From assembly GCA_963705615.1 (NCBI GenBank), contig CAVPKE010000014.1:1871-65870 (forward strand): 64,000 bases of DNA, read 5' to 3'. Each line of letters opens with the position of its first letter. The first letter of the stretch is position 1. The DNA is from an uncultured beta proteobacterium (GTDB lineage Bacteria > Pseudomonadota > Gammaproteobacteria > Burkholderiales > SHXO01). A program made the translations under genes and the position numbers. Positions 10,984-24,826 of this stretch are shown here, one piece after another. The notes beneath the pieces were generated by a model. The model was not told the DNA's origin and made no database searches. It saw only the letters and a list, made by a program, of their open reading frames with translations.

Positions 10984-11604
10984 TCAGGCTTGCGGCCCGG
11001 TTTCGCGCCCTTTGTCCGGCTCGGCCTCCGGCTTACTGGCGGCCTCGCCCGCGAAGGGCGCGTAGGGGTTGGCGAAGTTCGGGAACTGGAAGGCGCCGAA
11101 GATGTTGCGCGCCTGCTTCTGCAACTGCTGCTGCATCTCCAGGAATGTCTGCGCGCTCTGATCCAGATAGCTCGTCATGAGTCCCTGGATCGCCGGCCCC
11201 TGCATCTTGACGAACTGGCTCCAGGCCTCGGTGTTCAGCATCGGGTTTTCGCCCAGCTTGCCGAGCGACTGCTCCTGGAGGCGGCGCTGGATCTCCATGA
11301 ACGTCTGGATGTTTTTTTCCAGGTAGGTCCCCATCATTCCCTGCATGGCGTTGCCGTAGAAGCGGATGATCTGCGACAGCATGTCCGAAGAGAACATCGG
11401 CGCACCGGCGCTTTCTTCGTCGAGGATGATCTGCAGCAGGATGCTGCGGGTGAGGTCCTCGTTGGTCTTGGCGTCCACCACTTTGAATGGAATCTGCCCA
11501 AGAACCAGCTTCTTGACGTCCGCCAGAGTGATGTAGCTGCTCGTCGCTGTGTCGTACAGGCGGCGGTTCGGGTACTTTTTGATCAATCGGGTGTCTTCGG
11601 ACAT
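10984..11604 (-). CDS. phaR: polyhydroxyalkanoate synthesis repressor PhaR
   Basis: The 206-aa ORF starts MSEDTRLIKKYPNRRLYDTATSSYITLADVKKLV...EDLTRSILLQIILDEE, the canonical PhaR N-terminal DNA-binding region. It sits next to phasin/phaB/phaC. Confidence 0.9.
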   Translation of the reverse strand: MSEDTRLIKKYPNRRLYDTATSSYITLADVKKLVLGQIPFKVVDAKTNEDLTRSILLQIILDEESAGAPMFSSDMLSQIIRFYGNAMQGMMGTYLEKNIQTFMEIQRRLQEQSLGKLGENPMLNTEAWSQFVKMQGPAIQGLMTSYLDQSAQTFLEMQQQLQKQARNIFGAFQFPNFANPYAPFAGEAASKPEAEPDKGRETGPQA

Positions 11605-11741
11605 GTGCCCCTTCCTTTTTGTGCTGCAACGTTCTGACTTAATTGAGTAATAAAGTACTGCCCAAACCTACCAACATGGCAAGTTTAACCTATTGAAAAG
11701 TAATCGCAAATGGTTTTTGCTGCGTCGCCGTAGGATACGTG

Positions 11742-11770
11742 TTGACAATCTCAATATTGATCGCTAGCAT
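11742..11770 (+). promoter_or_regulatory. candidate sigma70 promoter for the phasin gene
   Basis: TTGACA (11742-11747), a 17-nt spacer, then TAGCAT (11765-11770). It lies in an AT-rich intergenic region about 80 nt upstream of the phasin ATG. TGCTGC/GCAGCA motifs at 11622, 11718 and 11785 are possible PhaR operator elements. Confidence 0.4.
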
Positions 11771-11851
11771 GCGTCTGGTGCATCGCAGCAAGCCGACTTG
11801 GCAGGTACAGCGCCAACGGGCAGTTTAGGCAAGCTTATTAGAGGGCTACAG

Positions 11852-12270
11852 ATGCAGGGACAGCTCAACCGATTTGCGGCACTGAACAAGATCGCCTCGG
11901 ACACGGTGTCAGTCCCGGCCGAAGGCGCCGAACAATCAGGGGCCTGCAGGGCGGGGCAGCGAAAATCCTGCACAAGATAGCCGCCAGCAGGAACTCGCCG
12001 CTGTCGTTGAGCGCTTTCGCAGACACGACGCCCAGCAGCGCTGCATCGCACGGGCTCGAAACAGCAGCGAGCTACTCGCGCGACGCCTATGACATCGCCT
12101 CGGGCACGAGAGTTCGACTGCTGGAATTGCTGCAAGCCAGCTCGGCCAAGCTGATGAAAGGATTACCCCAGGCTGCGACGCAGTCTGTGCAGCTGGCGGA
12201 CGCCGCCCTCAAGGCCGCCGCCAGCGCAGCCGCGCAAGCCACAAAGGTGGCCGCGGCAAGCAAGGGTTAG
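11852..12270 (+). pseudogene. phasin-family (PhaP) protein, at least 1 frameshift
   Basis: An ATG at 11852 (MQGQLNRFAALNKIASDTV...) runs into a stop at 11978. The frame-1 continuation ...ETAASYSRDAYDIASGTRVRLLELLQASSAKL...ALKAAASAAAQATKVAAASKG resembles the phasin core (compare LAYTRHLYEIASET of R. eutropha PhaP1, from memory) and the Ala-rich tail. Its position between phaR and phaB fits. Confidence 0.55.
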
Positions 12271-12283
12271 CACGGCTCCTCCC

Positions 12284-12350
12284 CCTTTATATAAGGTTCG
12301 TCCTTATATCAAAGGTTCGCCCCGGTGGTTTTCCACCGGGGCTTTTTTTT
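12284..12350 (+). terminator. double-hairpin rho-independent terminator after the phasin gene
   Basis: An AT-rich hairpin CCTTTATATAAGG/CCTTATAT(C)AAAGG (12284-12315) is followed by a GC hairpin GCCCCGGTGG-TTTT-CCACCGGGGC (12319-12342) and T8 (12343-12350). Confidence 0.75.
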
Positions 12351-12405
12351 GTGCCCTCGCCGCGCGCAGCGATTCGATTTCTAGGGCGTCTGTTCGATGC
12401 TCTTC

Positions 12406-13152
12406 CTAGAACATGTGCTGGCCGCCGTTGATCGAGATGTTGGCCCCGGTCACGAACGCCGCCTCGTCCGAGGCAAGGTAGATGATCAGGCCCGCGACTT
12501 CCTCGGGCTTGCCCAGGCGACCCACCGGGAGTCTGCGGCAGGATCTTCTCGTTGAGGATGTTCTCGGGGATGGCCATCACCATCTTGGTGCCGATGTAGC
12601 CCGGCGAAATGGTGTTCACCGTCACGCCTTTCTTGGCCACTTCCAGCGCCAGCGCCTTGGTGAAGCCGTGCATCCCGGCCTTGGCCGCAGAATAGTTGGT
12701 CTGGCCGAACGCGCCTTTCTGCCCGTTCACCGACGAGACGTTGATGACGCGGCCCCAGCCGCGGTCGACCATGCCGTCCATCACCTGCTTGGTCATGTTG
12801 AACACGCTGTCGAGATTGGTGCTGATGACCGCATCCCAGTCGGCCTTGGTCATTTTCTTGAACGTCATGTCGCGCGTGATGCCGGCGTTGTTGACCAGCA
12901 CGTCGATGGGCCCGATCTCGGCCTCGTATCTTCTTCACCGCCTCGGCACAGGAGTCGAAGTCGGCCACGTCGCACTGATAGGCGGAGAAGTCGTAGCCGC
13001 TGCGCCTTCATGCTCGCGAGCCAGTCCGCCGCCTTCTTGTTGCCGGGCGAGTAGGTGACGACGACCCTGTAGCCGGCATCGGCCATCTTGGTGCAGATGG
13101 ATTCGCCCAGGCCCCCCATACCGCCGGTGACAAGTACGTTTCGCTTCGCCAT
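12406..13152 (-). pseudogene. phaB: acetoacetyl-CoA reductase PhaB (SDR family), 3 frameshifts
   Basis: MAKRNVLVTGGMGGLGESICTKMADAGYRVVVTYSPG is followed by SGYDFSAYQCDVADFDSCAEAVKKI, then VLVNNAGITRDMTFKKM...NVSSVNGQKGAFGQTNYSAAKAGMHGFTKALALE, then ...GRLGKPEEVAGLIIYLASDEAAFVTGANISINGGQHMF ending at a stop at 12406-12408. Frames change near 13010, 12925 and 12540. Confidence 0.85.
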
Positions 13153-13205
13153 GTTGCCTCCTCCCAGCGTGTTGGTCCTTCTGCGCGTCTACCCTGCTCG
13201 CGCGC

Positions 13206-14954
13206 TCAGCTGCTCCGTTCCCGCACGTAACTGCCGGGGGCGGGCTCGCGCGCCGGGTACCGGCGCGCTGCCCAGCGCCGGCGGCGCCGCCACCTGAGTT
13301 CCGGAGCTTCGCATGCAGCCAGCTGACCCAATGCGGCCACCAGCTTCCTGGTCGATCGCTGGCCTGCGCCAGCCACTCGTCGGCGGTCGGCGGCGCAGCC
13401 GGGTTCAACCAGTGACCGCGCCGCACGGGTGCGGGCGGGTTGACGACGCCGGCGATATGACCGCTCGCACCGAGCACGAATTCGATTTTACCTCCAAGTA
13501 ACTGCGTGCTCGCATAGGCGCTGCGCCAGGGCACGATGTGGTCTTCGCGCGTGGCCAGCACGAACGTCGGGCAGCGAATCGCGCGCAGGTCGAGCGGGCG
13601 GCCGCACAGCGTGAGCTTTCCCGGCATCCGCAGGTTGTTCTCCAGGTAGGCGTTGCGCAGATACCACGCGTACAGTCGGCCCGGCAGGTTGGCGCTGTCG
13701 CTGTTCCAGTACAGCAGATCGAACGCGCGCGGGGTCTGGCCCTTGAGGTAGTTGTTGATCACGAAAGACCACACCAGCTCGTTGGCGCGCAGGCTGGCGA
13801 AGGTGGAAGCGAGCAGGCTGCCCGGCATCAGGCCGCCGTCGCGATACGTCTGCTCGCACTGCTGCACGTATTCCTCGTCGATGTAGACGCCGATCTCGCC
13901 CACGTCGCTGAAGTCCAGCATGGCGGCAAGCAGCGTCAGGCTTGCCACCCGCTGCGGATCTTCCATCACCGCCAGCGCGCAGGCGAGCAGTGTGCCGCCG
14001 ACGCAGAAGCCGAGCACGTTGGCCCGGTCGCAGCCGGCGATCTCTTGAACCGCCTCCAGCGGGGCGTATACGCCCTGGCGGATGTAATCCTCCCAGGTCG
14101 AAGCCACCCAGCTCACGCGGCACGTTGCGCCAGGAGACGACGAATACCTGGATGCCCTGATCGAGTGCATAGCGCACGAACGAATTCTCCGGCTGCAGAT
14201 CCAGGATGTAGTACTTGTTGATGAACGGCGGCACGATGAACAGAGGACGGTCGTACACCTGCGCAGTGCGAGGCGCGTACTGGATGAGCTCGATGATCGG
14301 GTTGCGGTAGACAACGGCCCCGGGTGTCACGGCTATGTTGCGGCCGACTTCGAAGGCGCTCTCGTCGCTCATGCAGATGCGCCCGCGCGAGACGTCCTCG
14401 CTCAGGTGCTTGAAACCCAGCGCCAGGCTCGCGCCATTGCTCTGAGTCGCGAGGCGAATGACGTCGGGGTTGGTAGCCGCGAAGTTGGTTGGAGCCATCG
14501 CGTCGAGGTACTGGCGCAGCACGAAGGCTGCGCGGCGTTTTTTCTGGCTCGGCATCTGTGTGCTGTCGACCAGTTCGGTGAGCCAGCGCGTGTTGATGAG
14601 GTAGGAGCGCCTGAGGTAGTCGAACCAAGGCAGGGTGCGCCACTCCGGGCTGGCGAAGCGGGAGTCCAATGGCGCCCGCTCGGGCGCATGCCGCTGCGCT
14701 TGATCGTCGGCCAGTACCAGGCCGGCCCACAGCGCGAGATGCTCCTGGTAGTAACGGCCCTGAATCTCGCCTACCCGTTCCGGCTGCGCCGCGAGTGCGT
14801 GCAGCAGGTCCTGGAGCGCCAAGCCGCCGTCGGGGAGCCTGTGCACCAGATCGCGCAGCAGCCGATCGAACAGTGCGCGTGCCGCGCTGTCTGCGCCGGC
14901 TGTGCTTTGCGGTTCGGCCGCGGTCGAGCCCGCGCCTGGGGTCGCAGACGACAT
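13206..14954 (-). pseudogene. phaC: class I poly(R)-hydroxyalkanoate synthase PhaC, 2 frameshifts
   Basis: The sequence includes RFASPEWRTLPWFDYLRRSYLINTRW..., PLFIVPPFINKYYILDLQPENSFVRY and the lipase box GFCVGGTLL. It continues ...HIVPW...GASGHIAGVVNPP... and ends with the C-terminal APGSYVRERSS and a stop at 13206-13208. Frame changes lie near 14110 and 13300. Confidence 0.9.
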
Positions 14955-14977
14955 GTAAGCAATCCAGCGTTGCCCAA

Positions 14978-15715
14978 TCAGGCAGCGATCCAGACGAAGG
15001 CGCCTTGGCGCCCCGTCACGTGGTCGCGGCGATGCGAAAAGAAGCGGGCCGGATCACTGAACGTACACAGTCCGCCGCCGAAGACCGCCGTCACGCCGGC
15101 GCGCGACAACCGCCGGCGGGCCAGAGTATAGAGATCGGCGAACCATTTGCCGTTGCGCATGGGCTCGAATGCCGCGCTGGCCGCGCGGTCATGGGCCGTG
15201 AACTTCTCAAAGACGTCGGCGCCGACTTCGAATTTGTGCGGTCCGATCGCGGGGCCCAGCCAGGCCATCAGTTCCCCGGGCGGAAGGCCGAGTGTGGACA
15301 CGGTCTGCTCCAGCACCCCCGCGCTCAAGCCGCGCCAGCCGGCGTGCGCGGCCGCCACGCAGGTCCCTGCGCGGTCGCACAGCACCACGGGCAGGCAGTC
15401 CGCGACCTGGACCGCGCACACCACTCCGGCGACGCGGGTGAAGGCGGCGTCAGCGCTTGCCTCGCCTTCGGTGCGATCGGCCTGCACGACGTCGATGCCA
15501 TGCATCTGCTGGAGCCACCTCGGCTCGGAGGGCAGGAGAGCGCGCAGCCGCGCCCGGTTCTCGCTGACAGCTTGCGCATCGTCTCCCACGCGGATGCCGA
15601 GATTGAGGCTGGCGTAGGGGCCGCGGCTGACCCCGCCGTTGCGCGTGGTGACCAGGGCCTTCACGCTGCGCGGCGCGGGCCAGTCAGGCTCGATCCAGTC
15701 AGACGGCGCGGCCAT
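14978..15715 (-). CDS. pgeF: YfiH/PgeF-family purine-nucleoside phosphorylase / laccase-domain protein
   Basis: The start is [30 protein letters not shown]. Family motifs follow: ...QMHG...[10 protein letters not shown]....AAAHAGWRG...[15 protein letters not shown]. It lies downstream of rluD as in many proteobacteria. Confidence 0.85.
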   Translation of the reverse strand: MAAPSDWIEPDWPAPRSVKALVTTRNGGVSRGPYASLNLGIRVGDDAQAVSENRARLRALLPSEPRWLQQMHGIDVVQADRTEGEASADAAFTRVAGVVCAVQVADCLPVVLCDRAGTCVAAAHAGWRGLSAGVLEQTVSTLGLPPGELMAWLGPAIGPHKFEVGADVFEKFTAHDRAASAAFEPMRNGKWFADLYTLARRRLSRAGVTAVFGGGLCTFSDPARFFSHRRDHVTGRQGAFVWIAA

Positions 15716-16707
15716 GCTGCTCGAGGGCGTCGAGAAGTCCGGCGAGATCGGAGGCCAGCGGGGCGTGAAACGCCAGTCTCTGGCCAGTCGCGGGATGAGT
15801 GAGCTGGAGGCGCGTGGCGTGCAATGCCTGGCGCCTGAAGGCGCGCGCGGGCTCGGGCAAAGCGCGCGCGAGTCTCGTGCTGCTGTACACGGGATCGCCC
15901 ACCAGCGGGTGGCCGATGGAATGCATGTGCACCCGGATCTGGTGCGTGCGCCCGGTCTCGAGGCTGCACTGGACCAGCGACCAGCCATCGCCCGCGCGCA
16001 GGACGCGGAAGCGGGTGACGGCGGATTTGCCGCGCACCACTACCGCCATTTTGGTGCGCGCCACCGGATGGCGGCCGATCGGAGCTTCGACGCGTCCCTG
16101 TGCTGCAGGCACGCCAGCCACCAGAGCAAGATATTCGCGTTGCACCGAGTGCGCCTGGAGCTGACGCACCAGGCTCGTGTGCGCTTCGAGCGTCTTTGCC
16201 GCCACCAGCAACCCGCTGGTGTTCTTGTCCAGACGATGCACGATGCCTGCGCGCGGCACTGCGTTCAGCGCTGGCGCGTAGTGCAACAATGCGTTGAGCA
16301 GGGTGCCGTCCGGGTTGCCGCTGCCGGGATGGACCACCAGGCCAGCCGGCTTGTCGATGACCAGACAGCTGTGCGTCCTCGTGCACGATCGCGAGAGGAA
16401 TGTCCTGCGGTTCGGAGGAGCTTGCGGCCGGATCGGACTCGACCCGTACCTCGATCTGCTCGCCGCCCCACACTTTGTTCTTGGGCGCGGCCGCCGCACC
16501 ATCCACCGTCACCCGCGCGCGCCGCACCCAATCTTGCAAGCGGCTGCGGGAGTAGTCGGGCAGCAGCCGGGCCAGCGCCTGGTCCAGGCGCAGCCCTGCC
16601 ATCGCCGCAGGTACGCGCAGCGCAATGGGCGCCCCGGCGCTGGCCGCCGCGGGCTTTGGCCTGGGGTTTCCGCTATAATGCGGCGCGTTTTTCTCGAGAA
16701 CCATCAT
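15699..16707 (-). pseudogene. rluD: 23S rRNA pseudouridine synthase RluD, 1 frameshift near 16375
   Basis: The S4 domain ([33 protein letters not shown]) is in one frame. The catalytic domain ([16 protein letters not shown]...[18 protein letters not shown]...[23 protein letters not shown]) is in another. Confidence 0.85.
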
Positions 16708-17506
16708 GCGAAGTAGTGTAGCGTCAATTTCCACCGCGCTGCTGCTCGGGTTCGCCGCGATCTTCGCCGCCTGCAGCAACGAAGACAAGTACGACGAGAC
16801 CCGCGACTGGTCGGCCGAAAAGTTGTACCGCGAGGCCAAGGACGAACTGCTGGGCGGCAACTACAAGAAGGCCATCGGCTACTACGAGAAGCTGGAGGCG
16901 CGTTACCCGTATGGCAAGCTGGCTCAGCAGGCGCAGCTGGAGATCGGCTACGCCTTTTACAAGGACAAGGATGTGGTATCGGCGCTGGCCGCAGCCGACC
17001 GCTTCATCAAGCTGCATCCGAATCATCCCAACGTGGACTACGCGTACTATCTCAAGGGACTGGTCAACTTCAACGAGGACATGGGGTTGTTGGGCGGGAT
17101 CTCGGGCCAGGACCTGAGCGAGCGCGACCCGAAGGCCGCGCGCGAATCGTTCGAAGCGTTCAAGGAGCTGATGACGCGCTTCCCGGACAGCAAATACGCG
17201 CCGGACGCCTTGTTGCGCATGCGCTATCTGGTCAACGCCATGGCGGCGAACGAGGTGCGAACCGCTGAATACTATCTGAGGCGAAAGGCCTACGTGGCGG
17301 CCGTCAACCGCGCTCAATTCGTTGTGGCCAACTACCAGCAGTCGCCGATGGTCGAGCAGGCGCTGATCGTGCAAGTCAAAGCCTACGATGCGATGGGGCT
17401 TACGGAGTTGCGCAACGACACGGACCGGCTGCTCAAGCTCAACTATCCGAACACCAAGTTCTCCCTGGCGGGATTGCGCAAGAAGCCGTGGTGGCAGGTG
17501 TTCTAG
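16706..17506 (+). CDS. bamD: outer-membrane protein assembly factor BamD (lipoprotein)
   Basis: A signal peptide with lipobox (LLLGFAAIFAAC) is followed by TPR-like repeats (LYREAKDELLGGNYKKAIGYYEKLEARYPYGKLAQQAQLEIGYAFYK...). It is divergent from rluD, the classic arrangement. Confidence 0.9.
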   Translation: MRSSVASISTALLLGFAAIFAACSNEDKYDETRDWSAEKLYREAKDELLGGNYKKAIGYYEKLEARYPYGKLAQQAQLEIGYAFYKDKDVVSALAAADRFIKLHPNHPNVDYAYYLKGLVNFNEDMGLLGGISGQDLSERDPKAARESFEAFKELMTRFPDSKYAPDALLRMRYLVNAMAANEVRTAEYYLRRKAYVAAVNRAQFVVANYQQSPMVEQALIVQVKAYDAMGLTELRNDTDRLLKLNYPNTKFSLAGLRKKPWWQVF

Positions 17507-17515
17507 GGAAGCTCC

Positions 17516-17710
17516 CTAGCGCGCCTGGTAGCCCGCCATCTCGAGCGCGGCCTTGAGCTGCGCAATGCTGACTTGTCTCGGGTCGAAGGCAACCTTCGCT
17601 TCGGCCTTGTCCAACGATACCTCGGCGCTGGCTACGCCGTTCATCCTCTTCAGCACGCGAGCTACGCTGCGCGCGCAACCCTCGCAGGTCATTCCGTTTA
17701 CCTGCAGCAT
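17516..17710 (-). CDS. heavy-metal-associated (HMA) domain metallochaperone, CopZ-like
   Basis: Internal ATG at 17710. The 64-aa product MLQVNGMTCEGCARSVARVLKRMNGVASAEVSLDKAEAKVAFD has the MxCxxC motif. It lies 50 nt downstream of the P-type ATPase gene. Confidence 0.8.
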   Translation of the reverse strand: MLQVNGMTCEGCARSVARVLKRMNGVASAEVSLDKAEAKVAFDPRQVSIAQLKAALEMAGYQAR

Positions 17711-17760
17711 TGTCGTTTCCACGCTTCTCTCCAACTCACAAGATGAGCCGCCGGGGAAAT

Positions 17761-19960
17761 TCAGGCTGCCTTTCCCGGCTTCCAGCGGCGCAGCAGCAGC
17801 GAATTCGTGACCACCGACACCGAGCTCATGGCCATCGCCGCGCCGGCGATGATCGGGCTCAGCCATCCGAGCGCGGCCAGTGGAATGCCCAGCGCGTTGT
17901 ACCCGAAGGCGAAGAACAAATTCTGACGGATTCTGGACAGCGTCGCGCGCGACAGCGAAATCGCGTCAACGACGCTCGCAAGGTCATTGCGCATCAGCGT
18001 GACATCGGCGGCCTCGATGGCGATGTCGGAGCCGCTGGCGAACGCGAAGCTCACGTCAGCGGCCGCGAGCGCCGGCGCGTCGTTGATGCCGTCGCCCGCC
18101 ATGCCGACGCACTTGCCTGCGGTTTTCAGTCGCAGCACTTCGGCCGCCTTGTCCTGCGGCAGCACACCCGCTTTCCAGCGCGTGATCCCGAGCTTGACGG
18201 GCGATAGCCTGCGCGGTTACGGCGTTGTCGCCCGTCAGCATGACGAGTTCCACTCCAGCGGCATGCAGACGTGAGACCGCACCGGTGGAGGTGTCGCGCA
18301 GCCGGTCGGCAATCCCAAGGTACCCCAGTATCCGCGCGTCGTCAGCAAGCGCCACGACGGTCTGGCCTTCGGCGGCGAGCTGGTCCACGACATGCGCGTT
18401 GACCGTCAGTCCCCGCGCTGCCATCCACGCTGGTGTGCCCAGTGCCAACGTCCGGCCTTGAACCTCGCCCTCGATACCCTGACCGGGATGAGCCCGCAGG
18501 CCCGAGGCGGTGGCGGGCGTCATGCTCAGCTCGGTGGCTTTGCGCAGGACTGCGCCCGCAAGGGGGTGCTCGGAGCCCCGCTCCAGCCCGGCCGCAAGCG
18601 CCAGGAGCTCACCTGGAACCAGATCGTCCGCCGCGACCACGGCCGTAACGGCGGGTCTTCCCTCGGTGAGTGTGCCCGTCTTGTCTACCACCAGCGTCTG
18701 AATCTTCTCGGCGCGCTCGAGCGCAGCGGCGTCGCGCACGAGTATGCCGCTCTGGGCGCCGCGGCCGGTGCCCACCATGATGGCGGTGGGGGTAGCGAGT
18801 CCCAGCGCACACGGGCACGCGATCACCAGCACCGAGACAGCGTTGATCAGAGCGACCGTGAACTCGCCGGTGCTGAGCCACCACAGGACCAGCGTCGCTG
18901 CAGCGAGCACCAGCACAACGGGGACGAAGAACCCTGAGATGCGGTCAGCCAAGCGCTGGATCGGGGCCTTGCTGCCCTGGGCTTCGCCCACCAGCCGGAT
19001 GATCTCGGCCAGCTGTGTATGGGCGCCCACGCGCATGGCGCGGCACTTGAGCAGCCCTGTGCCGTTCTGTGTCGCCGCGAAAACCCGGGCATGCGGTTCC
19101 TTGGAGACGGGCACGCTCTCGCCGGTCAGCATGCTCTCGTCGACGCTCGAGCGTCCCTCGAGCACCTCGCCGTCCACCGGCACGCGCTCGCCGGGGCGGA
19201 CGAGAAACACGTCGCCCACCACCACATCGATCACATCAACGTCCGCCAGTTGCCCATCGCGCTCGATGCGCGCTTGTCTGGGCTGCAGGCGCACCAGCTG
19301 CTCGATGGCGGCCGACGCACGGCCCTTGGCGCGCGCCTCGAGCACCTTGCCTAGCAGAACCAAGGTAATGATGACGGCACCGGCCTCGAAATAGACGTGC
19401 TGCGCGTCCAGGCCGAACAGCGTGACGATGGCGCTGTAAAAATAGGCCGCACTGGTGCCCAAGGCCACCAGCACATCCATGTTGGCGCCACCACCCCGCA
19501 GGGCATGCCACGCGCCGACGTAGAACCGGCGGCCGATCCAGAACTGCACGGGGGTGGCCAGTGCCAGCTGCAGCCAGCGCGGCAGCAAGTCAGCGTGCTG
19601 CCCCGCAAACATCCAGACCATCTGCGCCACCAGCGGTGCCGACAGCGCGGCGGAGATCCAGAACAGCTTCAGCTCGCGCCGGTACTGCGCTTCGCGCCGG
19701 GCTTTGTCTGCTGCCAGGTCGGTTTCTAAGACCAGCTCGGCGCTGTAGCCTGCACGCTCCACCACCTCGATGAGGCGCTGTGCCGCGACTGCTCCCTCGG
19801 CGAATCGTACCCGCGCGTGCTCGGTGGCGAGGTTCACGTTCGCCGATACCCCGGGCAGGCGGTTCAGCGCTGTCTCGATGCGGGACGCGCACGCGGCGCA
19901 GGTCATGCCGCCGATGCGCAGGTCCACCAGATCCTTATGGGCGGGGTGCGGGGCGTTCAT
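17761..19960 (-). pseudogene. copA: copper-translocating P1B-type ATPase (CopA family), 1 frameshift near 18160
   Basis: The HMA domain is [16 protein letters not shown]. Also present are TGESVPV, the CPC motif ([13 protein letters not shown]), the phosphorylation site ([11 protein letters not shown]), and then in another frame [14 protein letters not shown]...[19 protein letters not shown]. Confidence 0.85.
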
Positions 19961-20071
19961 CTGCTGAAATATGGCGACGAACCGTGCAGGAATCAACCTA
20001 TCCGCATTACGCGGTGGGATCCTATGGCATGTAAGCCTACGAGCGCATCGGGTTGCGCCGGATTGAGGCGC

Positions 20072-22039
<1,968 letters not shown>

Positions 22040-22043
22040 GGTG

Positions 22044-23593
<1,550 letters not shown>

Positions 23594-23623
23594 TCACGGG
23601 GCACGAATCCCGAGTCACTGGTG

Positions 23624-24728
23624 TCACACCCCCTGCTTGAGGCTGGCGGTGATGAACGCGTCGAGGTCGCCGTCCAGCACCGCCTGGGTGTTGCCCACTT
23701 CTACGTTGGTGCGCAGGTCTTTGATGCGCGACTGGTCCAGCACGTAGGAGCGGATCTGGTGGCCCCAGCCGATGTCGGTCTTGGACTCCTCCATCTTCTG
23801 CTTGTCCGCCTCGCGCTTGCGCAGCTCGGCCTCGTACAGCCGCGCCTTCAGCATGGCCATGGCCTCGGCGCGGTTGCGGTGCTGTGAGCGGTCGTTCTGG
23901 CACTGGACCACGATGCCCGTCGGCAGGTGCGTGATGCGGATCGCCGAATCGGTCTTGTTCACGTGCTGTCCACCGGCACCGCTGGCGCGAAAGGTATCCA
24001 CCCGCAGGTCCGCCGGATTGATCTCGATCTCGATGGTCTCGTCCACCTCGGGGTAGACGAACACGCTGGCAAACGACGTATGGCGCCGCGCGTTCGAGTC
24101 GAAGGGCGATTTGCGCACCAGACGATGGATGCCCGACTCGGTCCGCAACGTGCCGTAGGCGTAGTCCCCGGTGATTTTGAGGGCAGCGCTCTTCAGGCCG
24201 GCAACTTCGCCGGGCGACTCTTCGAGCACCTCGACCTTGAAGCCTCGCCGCTCGCCGAAGCGCGCGTACATGCGCTCGAGCATGGCAGCCCAGTCTTGCG
24301 CCTCGGTGCCGCCCTGACCCGCCTGGATGTCCAAAAAGCAGTTGTTCGGATCCATGGGATTGGAGAACATGCGGCGGAACTCCATATCCGCCACGGTCTT
24401 CTCCAGCGCATCCACGTCCCGCGCCACCGACTCCAGGCCCGCTTCGTCGTCCTCCTCGCGCACGATGGCCAGCAGTTCCCGGCTGTCCTGCAACCCCTGG
24501 GTCACGCGCTGGACGGTGCCGATCACTGCCTCGAGCGCCTTGCGCTCCTTGCCGATCTCCTGCGCCCGCTTGTTGTCCTCCCAGAGGGCGGGATCCTCAC
24601 TCAGCCTGATCAGTTCGTCGAGACGCTGGCGCTTGGCATCGAAGTCAAAGATACCTCCGAAGCTCGCCGATCCGCTGCTCGAGATCGGCGAGCTTGTTGG
24701 CCACTGCGTTGAGACGCTCTGCTTCCAC
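23624..24728 (-). CDS. prfB: peptide chain release factor 2, with the programmed +1 frameshift
   Basis: GTG at 24728 gives [27 protein letters not shown], then an in-frame TGA. The +1 frame continues [12 protein letters not shown]... through SPF...[16 protein letters not shown] to a stop at 23624. Confidence 0.92.
24644..24658 (-). other. prfB programmed +1 ribosomal frameshift site
   Basis: The minus strand reads GGAGG TAT CTT TGA C: an internal Shine-Dalgarno-like element, a slippery CTT, and an in-frame TGA followed by C. This is the classical RF2 autoregulatory cassette. Confidence 0.9.
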
Positions 24729-24826
24729 GATGCGTTTCCTTCCTTTGCCCCCCGTCGTCTAGCGTGACGCGCCGAGCGTTGCGAGCGGCCGGGGAAAAAA
24801 CGTGTAATTCTAACAGCGCACGGGCC

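Noticed and set aside
19961-20071. CueR/MerR-type operator (inverted repeat within a 19-bp-spacer promoter) upstream of copA.
   Set aside because: I found only weak partial palindromes (for example CCGCATTACGCGG), no convincing -35/-10 pair with long spacing, and no cueR gene in the window.
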